Shown one piece after another: positions 1 through 8,994 of a stretch of DNA of 25,686 nt. Within the stretch, counting starts at the first letter, position 1, and the number at the start of each line of letters is the position of its first letter. The DNA lies in the IMG/VR virus record IMGVR_UViG_3300008117_003610, positions 1-25,686 of that record. One strand, given 5' to 3'. The DNA comes from a virus (lineage: Duplodnaviria > Caudoviricetes). The translations under genes and the position numbers were made by a program. The notes below the pieces were generated by a model. It was not told the origin of the DNA. It saw nothing but the letters and a program-made list of their open reading frames with translations, and made no database searches.

Positions 1-2
1 TT

Positions 3-2963
3 CTGCGTGAGGCTCGTGGCAGCAAGTCCTTTGAAGACATTGCGTTCAAGGCCGAAGAGCTTTCAGGTGGATTGCCAAAGGGACGCGAGACTACGTTTGA
101 AACTGATCGACTAGCTAAGCTTGACTTCATTATTAGCCAGATTGATATTCTTGCGGAGACCCCGAGCTCGTGGACATCAAAGGAAATCTTTGACCAGTCA
201 ATGAACGCACTTCGCGAGAACATGACAGAAACAGACTTTAGGAACATGATCGGATCTTCAATTGACGGCGGAGCAGGCGACATCATTTCTGCGGCTCCGT
301 CTTCACGGTGGAACCTTTCAAAGAGGTTCAGCCGACTTATTGCAATGTGGGACTCACCAGAGCGAGACATCATGTTCGCTGACGCGAGTAGACGATGGAC
401 CGCAATTTCTGGGAAGCAGCAATACACGAACTTTGCTGAAGGATCTGGCGGGGCATATCCAGTAGAGGCAACAATTACAGAAGCAGAGAAGATGGCTGGG
501 ACTGACTTTAGCCAGCCTGAGTCTAAAGCGGCAAAGAAGCCAGCAAAGTACGTCCCAGTTGACTTGGTAAGAATTAGAGATGAGAACGGTAAGCCTCAGC
601 TTGTTTCTGCCGCCTCAGATGAAGCGCGCAAGTACTACCTGGAGAACGGGGAGGTTTTGGCTACCGGAAGAAATCCTGAGCTGTACAGCAAAGACACACT
701 GGTGTCAAAGGCTACAGACGTTACGGCAAAGTACCCAACAATTTTTGCTGGCGATCGATCTCAGGCCATTGATGATCTTCTGGTAGCCACAGACGAGATC
801 GCCCGCCTGGCATATCGCTTTGCATATGCCCTAGGGTACGGTACAGACCTTAAGCCTCTTGGAACAGAGGGCGTAGATGTTAGGACCATGCAGGCAATTG
901 CGGCAACAGTTTCTTCTCTAATTGACGAAGAACATTTTAGATTTGCCGAAACGTTTAAAGCCCCAACATCACTTACGCAGACCAGCTACGAGCAGCCGAT
1001 TATCCCTAATTTCCGAAGTCAGGCCGAGGCGCATCTACGTGTCTTGGAGACCCTACAAAAGCAGCTTGACCTTCGGGAGGTTGTTGACCCAGAGACAGGC
1101 ATGGTACTTGAAGAGAAGCCAGCTAATGTTGCAGAGCCAGTTGAAGTAAAGAGTTTCCAAAGGCAGCAGCTAGAGGCTAGAATTGCACAGATTGAAGAAG
1201 CAGCTGGTGGGGTAAAGAACCCAACGGAGCTTGCCCTTCTTAAGCGACAATACGAAGCACTGCTGCGCGGAGAACGCGTCCCTGGATACGAAAACATTTT
1301 GCAGGACGTTTCGACTGTAACTGTGAAGGCCGAGAGCGCACCAGAAGTTACCGCCAAGCTTGGGATGGGCATTAAGGGTGATCCTCTTGAGGAAATTGCT
1401 AGCAGGCTTGCTGCTACAATGATTGGCGACGAAGACCCTGCGGTGCTGAGAAATGTTCTTAGCAAAAGCAAGCTCCTCGACTTGTTTAACGAAGGTCCTG
1501 AGGCAGCTGCAGCAGCAATTATTAAGCGCGCATGGGTTCTTTACGGAGAGAACGCGACTCCTGACCTAATGCGCGAGCTTTCATTTAATTACGACGGACG
1601 AGAGTATTACGGCACGATGGGTGTTGGACCTGACGGCAGGCCGATCATGGCTGTTCAGCCAGTCAAGTCTGTAGAGAGTACTCTTCCAAAAGATAACGTT
1701 CTTGGAGATGGCGGCCGATCAACAAATGAAGACACCGCAGCTAGGAAGGCGCAAATCGCGCAAGCCGAGACTGATCTCATTGGTATGCCTAGAAATACTG
1801 CAAGCTCAGATAGGACATCACAACTTACGTTTACTGGCGTAATCGACGAAAATGTTCGCAGCTTGCGAGCTGAAGACAACAAGAGAATGGTTGTTATCCG
1901 CAGGAAGCAGCAGTGGAACGCTATTTCAGAAACCGTTGCGCAGCTATTCTCTGAGACCGATAAGGGTAAACTAGACGCTACGGTAAAAGTATTTGTCAAC
2001 GACCTTCTGTCTGGTTACGTTAAGCCAGATGGTACTCCAGTGACTTATGAAGACGTTATCGCAAAGCTTGACTACGCAGAGCTCGTCAAGTCAGGACCAT
2101 ACAGCATTGCTCATCGCCTATTTGATCACGGCATCAATGGCAACTTTAAAGACATTGAGAAGTTTGTTCGGTACACACAGGACACCAGAGAGCGCGGAGA
2201 GACAGTTGCGCTGGGCGGTCGGTACGCCAGAGACCTTGGCGTTGACCCAGAGACGGGCCGAATAATTGTTGGTGGCGCAGATATCCCAGAAGGCGAGATG
2301 GACGTTCGCACACAGAGCGAACTAAACACAGAGCGATCAACTCTCGGCGCTGAGCTGCGAACAGGAAGGCTTCCAGAGGATGGCGGATTCCATCCTGAGG
2401 TTGGCTCACCAGATCACAACGCGATGATGGCGTATGAGCAAGGAAAGATGTACGGCGGCTTGGGAATGCCGTGGACCAAGGCTCTAAGCGACCTAGGTCG
2501 GCCACTGCGTGAGGCGCCAGGATCAATGAAGGCATTCCATGGTCGTGGTGGATTCGGCGCTGGATTTGCGGCCGATGCTGCCTACATGGCGTGGAAGGGT
2601 TACCTTGACCCAACGTCTCTGGCGGTATCTGCTGGATTCAACTCCATTAACTTCTTGCCAGCAAAATATGCCCCTAAGGTTGGCCTCATTGGGGCAGCTG
2701 CGAACCTTGGACTAAATGCCGTAACCGGCGGAGACATGGGCCGAGCGGCGATGATGACCATCGGCGGCCTACTAGGCGGGGCAGTGGGCGCGTTCGGCGG
2801 AGGGTTTGGCGCAATCGGAGGCTCATTCGCTGGCTCTGAGATTGCAGACTATATTTGGTCTGACGTGTTTGGCAACAAGAACAAGATGCAGAATCAGCCA
2901 ATCCCAAGCTTGAACCCAACGTCTAAGAACACGATTAAGATTTCACCACGGGTCTCACCGTAA
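3..2963 (+). CDS. Large virion protein, 5'-truncated (internal/ejection protein or tape-measure-like) with C-terminal Gly-zipper hydrophobic segment
   Basis: The frame of the 72..2963 ORF is open back to position 3 (LREARGSKSFEDIAFKAEELSGGLP...), so TTG72 is probably not the true start. Mostly helical and Ala/Glu-rich. The C-terminus (GLIGAAANLGLNAVTGG...IGGLLGGAVGAFGGGFGAIGGSFAG) is typical of membrane-inserting phage ejection or tape measure proteins. Confidence 0.55.
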   Translation: MREARGSKSFEDIAFKAEELSGGLPKGRETTFETDRLAKLDFIISQIDILAETPSSWTSKEIFDQSMNALRENMTETDFRNMIGSSIDGGAGDIISAAPSSRWNLSKRFSRLIAMWDSPERDIMFADASRRWTAISGKQQYTNFAEGSGGAYPVEATITEAEKMAGTDFSQPESKAAKKPAKYVPVDLVRIRDENGKPQLVSAASDEARKYYLENGEVLATGRNPELYSKDTLVSKATDVTAKYPTIFAGDRSQAIDDLLVATDEIARLAYRFAYALGYGTDLKPLGTEGVDVRTMQAIAATVSSLIDEEHFRFAETFKAPTSLTQTSYEQPIIPNFRSQAEAHLRVLETLQKQLDLREVVDPETGMVLEEKPANVAEPVEVKSFQRQQLEARIAQIEEAAGGVKNPTELALLKRQYEALLRGERVPGYENILQDVSTVTVKAESAPEVTAKLGMGIKGDPLEEIASRLAATMIGDEDPAVLRNVLSKSKLLDLFNEGPEAAAAAIIKRAWVLYGENATPDLMRELSFNYDGREYYGTMGVGPDGRPIMAVQPVKSVESTLPKDNVLGDGGRSTNEDTAARKAQIAQAETDLIGMPRNTASSDRTSQLTFTGVIDENVRSLRAEDNKRMVVIRRKQQWNAISETVAQLFSETDKGKLDATVKVFVNDLLSGYVKPDGTPVTYEDVIAKLDYAELVKSGPYSIAHRLFDHGINGNFKDIEKFVRYTQDTRERGETVALGGRYARDLGVDPETGRIIVGGADIPEGEMDVRTQSELNTERSTLGAELRTGRLPEDGGFHPEVGSPDHNAMMAYEQGKMYGGLGMPWTKALSDLGRPLREAPGSMKAFHGRGGFGAGFAADAAYMAWKGYLDPTSLAVSAGFNSINFLPAKYAPKVGLIGAAANLGLNAVTGGDMGRAAMMTIGGLLGGAVGAFGGGFGAIGGSFAGSEIADYIWSDVFGNKNKMQNQPIPSLNPTSKNTIKISPRVSP

Positions 2964-2972
2964 GGAGCAGAC

Positions 2973-3143
2973 ATGGCATACGTAGGATTTGAAAAGCTAA
3001 CCAAAGAGCTAACTAAGAAGGGGGCAAAGGACCCTCGAGCGCTAGCGGCAGCTATCGGCCGCAAGAAGTATGGTAAGGCGAAGTTCCAGAAGGCTGCCGC
3101 AGCTGGCAAGTCTCTCCGGGGCGCACGTCCGAAAGGGAAGTAA
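2973..3143 (+). CDS. Small basic phage protein, 56 aa (MAYVGFEKLTKELTKKGAKDPRALAAAIGRKKYGKAKFQKAAAAGKSLRGARPKGK)
   Basis: Translated by hand; below the ORF-track cutoff. SD AAGGAG at 2962-2967, ATG 2973, TAA 3141-3143 abutting the next ATG at 3144. Fills the intergenic gap exactly. Confidence 0.85.
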   Translation: MAYVGFEKLTKELTKKGAKDPRALAAAIGRKKYGKAKFQKAAAAGKSLRGARPKGK

Positions 3144-5377
<2,234 letters not shown>

Positions 5378-5380
5378 CGT

Positions 5381-5539
5381 ATGGAAACTAAAGATATTAT
5401 CGTTACATGCCACACAGATGGGTGCGAGAATAAAGATATTCCAATTCATATCAACGTTCCCAATGACGAAAACCACCGCGTTGTTTGCGGCCCATGCACG
5501 TTAGACATTACCGACAAAAGAGACGACGACACCAAATGA
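5381..5539 (+). CDS. Small Cys-rich protein, 52 aa (METKDIIVTCHTDGCENKDIPIHINVPNDENHRVVCGPCTLDITDKRDDDTK); putative Zn-binding fibre-associated protein or chaperone
   Basis: Translated by hand; missed by the ORF track. ATG is 3 nt after the fibre stop, and its TGA overlaps the next ATG (ATGA 5536-5539). Motif C-x4-C...C-x2-C. Confidence 0.8.
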   Translation: METKDIIVTCHTDGCENKDIPIHINVPNDENHRVVCGPCTLDITDKRDDDTK

Positions 5540-5718
5540 CTAAGAACGACGTCAGCCAGGTCCTTGAGCGCCTTGAGCGCATTGAACGCGACTTGGCGGA
5601 GATCAAGGTTGAGCTCGCGGAGACCCGCGGAGCTTATCGGTTGGCGAAGTTTGTTATCGCACTGCTAGGCGTAAGCGGACTAGGTGGTATAATTGCATGG
5701 ATGAATGGGAATAGATAA
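5536..5718 (+). CDS. Small coiled-coil plus single C-terminal TM protein, 60 aa (holin/lysis-accessory-like)
   Basis: Likely start is ATG 5536 (ATGA overlap) rather than TTG 5485. Coiled coil LERLERIERDLAEIKVELAE, then hydrophobic FVIALLGVSGLGGIIAWM. Directly precedes the lysin with a TAATG overlap. Confidence 0.7.
   Translation: MTKNDVSQVLERLERIERDLAEIKVELAETRGAYRLAKFVIALLGVSGLGGIIAWMNGNR
5684..5695 (+). promoter_or_regulatory. Extended -10 promoter-like motif GTGGTATAATTG upstream of the lysin
   Basis: TGnTATAAT with TATAAT at 5688-5693, about 25 nt before ATG 5718. The identical 12-mer recurs at 25289-25300. Confidence 0.5.
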
Positions 5719-6749
5719 TGAATTTGAAGATTGTAACTCAGACAGATAGCATTGAGAAGGGCGGCTGGATGGACGACTGCGCTCCAGCGACGCTGATGGC
5801 TGCGGCCAACTTCCTTACCGGATCAACGTACACGTCAAAAGATGGGATCAAGTTCTTGGAAAAGGTTGGCAGAAAAGATGTACAGGGGCAGGGTACGCCC
5901 ACGTCACTCCTACAGCTAGTGAAGGCAGCGCCACTTGTTGGCTTAAAGCCTAAGTACGCTAAGTCATGGGATGAGGTGGTTGCAGCTCTTAAGGCCGGCG
6001 CTGTCGTCGGCATTAACGTGCAGCAGGCAAAGGGCTACCCTGCAACCGTACCGATGAGCGTGTGGCACAAGAAGCATCAAAAGAGGAACCCGGGGAAGAC
6101 GTACGGTCACATGACCTGCGCAGCGATGGTTGGAGGGAAGGTACAATGGGCGGACCCAACGATGACTGGCAAAGGAAAAGAGACATATGCAGTTGTGGTC
6201 TCAATTGCGGACCTGAAAGCTATTGCGGCCTCCAAAGGAGACGCACCCCACAAGCGCTGCCTAATCTTCACGGCAGCCCAGAAGAAGTCATCCGCACCTG
6301 CCCCAACTGCGGTTCTCAGCTCACAGATCGTGCCTGTAAGCTCATCTGCTCTTGTGGCTACTACGCTAGCTGCTCAGACTACCTCTAAAGAGCCCGTAAA
6401 GGTGGATTTGCGCCACCAGGAGCGTCCAAAAGACTACCCTAGTGTAAAGACGCCACCCCAGACAATAGACCCCGCATTGGCCCTTAAAGTCGCCCAGGCC
6501 ATTGTCGGTAAGATTGAGGTGGCTAAAGGAGACAAGACGATGAAAGACCAGATCATTGCTGCCGGCTTGGACGCACTCCAGGCCGCCCTCTCCACCGCCA
6601 TTGCGGTGTTCCTTGGGCTTGGCGTAAGCATCTTTGACCTTGATGGCGACGGCGTAAAGGCTGTCGCAGCTTCGGCGATCAGCGCAGGACTTTTGGTCCT
6701 GCAGCGATGGCTGGATGAGGACAATACTCGTTATGGACGAACTCGCTAA
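5718..6749 (+). CDS. Endolysin candidate: C39/papain-like cysteine peptidase fused through a low-complexity linker to a holin-like membrane domain
   Basis: Gln8...Cys21 (DDCAPATLMAA), His131 (YGHMTCA) and Asp146 (WADP) give the C39-like catalytic layout. S/T/A/P-rich linker. The last 69 aa contain two hydrophobic segments and a charged tail. Confidence 0.7.
   Translation: MNLKIVTQTDSIEKGGWMDDCAPATLMAAANFLTGSTYTSKDGIKFLEKVGRKDVQGQGTPTSLLQLVKAAPLVGLKPKYAKSWDEVVAALKAGAVVGINVQQAKGYPATVPMSVWHKKHQKRNPGKTYGHMTCAAMVGGKVQWADPTMTGKGKETYAVVVSIADLKAIAASKGDAPHKRCLIFTAAQKKSSAPAPTAVLSSQIVPVSSSALVATTLAAQTTSKEPVKVDLRHQERPKDYPSVKTPPQTIDPALALKVAQAIVGKIEVAKGDKTMKDQIIAAGLDALQAALSTAIAVFLGLGVSIFDLDGDGVKAVAASAISAGLLVLQRWLDEDNTRYGRTR
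6146..6388 (+). CDS. Overprinted zinc-finger microprotein in the -1 frame of the lysin (ends TCPNCGSQLTDRACKLICSCGYYASCSDYL)
   Basis: Six Cys in the last 29 aa (6299-6385) in a CPxC...CKxxCxCGY..SCSD pattern, resembling CPxCG-type small zinc-finger proteins. Candidate start ATG 6146 with GGAGG at 6132-6136; alternative GTG 6062. The start is uncertain. Confidence 0.55.
   Translation: MGGPNDDWQRKRDICSCGLNCGPESYCGLQRRRTPQALPNLHGSPEEVIRTCPNCGSQLTDRACKLICSCGYYASCSDYL
6540..6749 (+). CDS. Holin-like protein, 69 aa, from an internal in-frame start in the lysin gene
   Basis: SD AAAGGAGA at 6525-6532, 7 nt before in-frame ATG 6540 (codon 275). Product MKDQIIAAGLDALQAALSTAIAVFLGLGVSIFDLDGDGVKAVAASAISAGLLVLQRWLDEDNTRYGRTR has two predicted TM helices and a basic C-terminus. 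Confidence 0.6.
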   Translation: MKDQIIAAGLDALQAALSTAIAVFLGLGVSIFDLDGDGVKAVAASAISAGLLVLQRWLDEDNTRYGRTR

Positions 6750-7233
6750 GGCTCCTGTACTGGCGCAGTGCGCCGCGTGCAGAAGCCCATTTGCTGAGCA
6801 GATCAACGAACGGATGCGCCGTGGCGCTCCGGATACGCAAATCTCTCAGTGGCTTAAGGATAACGATGCATACATCTCTCGCATTACGCTAGGGATGCAC
6901 AAGCGAGAGCATCTTACGGACGAGTTCCAGACTGCAAAGAAGAAAGCAGTTGCAGCGTTTAAGAAACAGCAGGGCACAATTAAGGCAAAGGGAGACCTTG
7001 CACAGCTGGTGCGAGACCAAGTCATCCGGATGGTTGACGACGGATTCCTAATGCCAACGCTTGCAGAAGGTTTGCGAGCTCAGGAAATGATTGACCGTCG
7101 AGTAGAGAAGTCTGCAGACCGAGAGCTTTCGGTTACGTTGGCAGGAATTCTCGGTGGCGGCCCAGTAATCAACATGATTGAGATGGAAGCGGAGGAGATT
7201 ACAGATGGCAAAGACGCCAGCTTGGACGCGTAA
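6733..7233 (+). CDS. terS: Putative terminase small subunit (CxxC...HxxxH Zn-stabilised HTH)
   Basis: Lies upstream of terL. CAAC...INERMRRGAPDTQISQWL...ISRITLGMHKREH suggests an HTH with potential Zn ligands, followed by a helical C-terminus. ATG 6733 follows GAGG at 6717-6720 (the track uses ATG 6715). Confidence 0.55.
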   Translation: MDELAKAPVLAQCAACRSPFAEQINERMRRGAPDTQISQWLKDNDAYISRITLGMHKREHLTDEFQTAKKKAVAAFKKQQGTIKAKGDLAQLVRDQVIRMVDDGFLMPTLAEGLRAQEMIDRRVEKSADRELSVTLAGILGGGPVINMIEMEAEEITDGKDASLDA

Positions 7234-7504
7234 AGAGGGTAAGAACCCAAAGGGCGGCCTTAACGCAAAGGGTCGCGCATCATACAAGGGCGGCACTCTT
7301 AAGCCGCCAGTGAAATCAGGAGACAATCCACGTCGTGCGTCGTTCCTGGCCCGCATGGGTGGCATGCCTGGGCCGGAGCGGGACTCAAAGGGACGGCCCA
7401 CGCGTCTACTCCTCAGCCTTCAGGCTTGGGGGGCTAGCAGTAAAGCAGACGCCAAGAAGAAGGCAGCTGCTATTAGCGCACGGAATAAGAGTAAGAAGTC
7501 TTGA
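7205..7504 (+). CDS. DUF6321-like small basic phage protein (99 aa)
   Basis: MAKTPAWTRKEGKNPKGGLNAKGRASY...RRASFLARM matches my recollection of this phage family. SD GGAGG at 7191-7195 before ATG 7205. Confidence 0.7.
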   Translation: MAKTPAWTRKEGKNPKGGLNAKGRASYKGGTLKPPVKSGDNPRRASFLARMGGMPGPERDSKGRPTRLLLSLQAWGASSKADAKKKAAAISARNKSKKS

Positions 7505-8994
7505 AAGTTAATAGCGACGCAGCAAGGGACCTTGCCGCCGGCCGCAACAACCCAATCTTCTTTGCCAAGCGATGGCTTGGGATTGATCTCCACGAAGGAC
7601 AGAAGCAATGGGTTGAAGGTATCGCTGCCAGAGACGAGTCTGGTTGGCGACCAAAGTACCTGACTACCGTCTGCTCTGCAGGTAACCGAGCTGGCAAGAC
7701 TCTAGGGATGGCAGTGGCAGTGTTCCACAGCGCATTCTATAAGCTAGGAGTTCAGCCACCTGACGGAACGCAGAAGGACGCAATGCGTTGGCAGTCGGCT
7801 CCGTACGAGTGGTACCACGTGGGAATCCAGCAGGAGACTGCGGAACTTGTGCATCGAGAGGTGTCCATGATTCTAGAGGGTGGACACCCAGCGCAGAAGG
7901 GCCGTGGATGCCCGCTCATTGCAGAGATTGGCAAGGTTGTTGAGCACACTAAGAAGTACCGCGGAGAGTACTTGTGGCTACAGTTCCACCCTTTGGTCGG
8001 AGGAGCTAACATCCACTTCCGCACCACGCAGGACAAAGCCAAGGCGCTCCTCGGCAAAGACATGAATGGCATCTCATTTGACGAGGCAGCCTTTGAGCCG
8101 CACTTAATGCAGATCTACCAAGAGGTACTCAACCTACGGCGTCTGTCCACAGGTGGGCAGCTCCACTTCATCGGGACACCTACCGAAGGCATTAACGACT
8201 ACGCAGACCTCTGGGAGATGGGCAACGCGGCAAACCCGGACCGAGATCCGCAGTTCTTTAGCTTCCGGCTCTCGACCCGCGGCAACGTAGGGTTTGGGCT
8301 GGCGCCTGACACATTTGATGCCATCCTTCGGCAGCAGGCTGAGTACCTAATCCCACAGAACATTGATGGATATTTCATTGAGGCAAGCGATGCGTACTTC
8401 AGTTCCACCTCTGTGGACTCCTGTTTTGTGGACGAATTGCCTGCAGAGCAGCCGCCAGCTGCCAGGCGGAAGTACGTTCAAGGGTGCGACCCAGGCCTCC
8501 TTAGTGATAGTACCTGGGCCATCACACTTGACAATACTGAAAAAAATGGTATAATCGGCGTTAGAGCCAGAACGAGAACAGGCAAACAAACGATTCAAGC
8601 AGTAGTGAATATGGTTCGTGAAGGACATCTTCTCTACAATCAAGATTCAACCTGTACAACGATCTTGGATGAAACAGGTTTCGGTGGTAAGATGTTCAAG
8701 CAAGAATTCAGCATCATCAAACCACTAAGGGGATATGACTTCGGCGGGACAAAGGCTAAGAAGCTTGAACTCCTGTCTGACCTAAAAGCAACAATGGATA
8801 AGAAAATGATTAGGTTCCCAAGGACGGGAATCTGGATGCAGCTTCGACGCCAGCTACTGGCATACAAGCTGGACGACAAGAAACTGGAACAGGACGCTGT
8901 TATGGCTCTGGCTGTTGCCGTAAGACATGCGCTAAGAAATCAACACAGCTATGTAGAGAATCCGGTGTTCACATATTTTGGAGGTTCTGATTAA
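7501..8994 (+). CDS. terL: Terminase large subunit
   Basis: Walker A SAGNRAGKT, Walker B ISFDEAA, motif III FIGTP, RNase H-like nuclease residues VQGCDPG and QDAVMALA. Directly followed by the portal. TTGA start/stop overlap. Confidence 0.93.
   Translation: MKVNSDAARDLAAGRNNPIFFAKRWLGIDLHEGQKQWVEGIAARDESGWRPKYLTTVCSAGNRAGKTLGMAVAVFHSAFYKLGVQPPDGTQKDAMRWQSAPYEWYHVGIQQETAELVHREVSMILEGGHPAQKGRGCPLIAEIGKVVEHTKKYRGEYLWLQFHPLVGGANIHFRTTQDKAKALLGKDMNGISFDEAAFEPHLMQIYQEVLNLRRLSTGGQLHFIGTPTEGINDYADLWEMGNAANPDRDPQFFSFRLSTRGNVGFGLAPDTFDAILRQQAEYLIPQNIDGYFIEASDAYFSSTSVDSCFVDELPAEQPPAARRKYVQGCDPGLLSDSTWAITLDNTEKNGIIGVRARTRTGKQTIQAVVNMVREGHLLYNQDSTCTTILDETGFGGKMFKQEFSIIKPLRGYDFGGTKAKKLELLSDLKATMDKKMIRFPRTGIWMQLRRQLLAYKLDDKKLEQDAVMALAVAVRHALRNQHSYVENPVFTYFGGSD
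8528..8555 (+). promoter_or_regulatory. Consensus sigma70-type promoter inside terL (TTGACA-N16-TATAAT with extended TG)
   Basis: TTGACA at 8528-8533, TG at 8547-8548, TATAAT at 8550-8555. About 440 nt upstream of the portal start. Confidence 0.6.

Noticed and set aside
72-74. TTG start assigned to the first ORF by the track
   Set aside because: The frame is open to the window edge, so the gene most likely starts upstream.
5485-5535. N-terminal extension of the small membrane protein given by the track
   Set aside because: It overlaps the 52-aa Cys-rich ORF; ATG 5536 with an ATGA overlap is the more coherent start.
6171-6180. AAAGGAAAAG as a possible -1 frameshift site linking the peptidase to the zinc-finger frame
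   Set aside because: In the lysin frame it reads A-GGA-AAA, which is not a canonical X-XXY-YYZ heptamer. Shifting here would also remove the probable last elements of the peptidase domain. Independent initiation seems more plausible, though a frameshift is not excluded.
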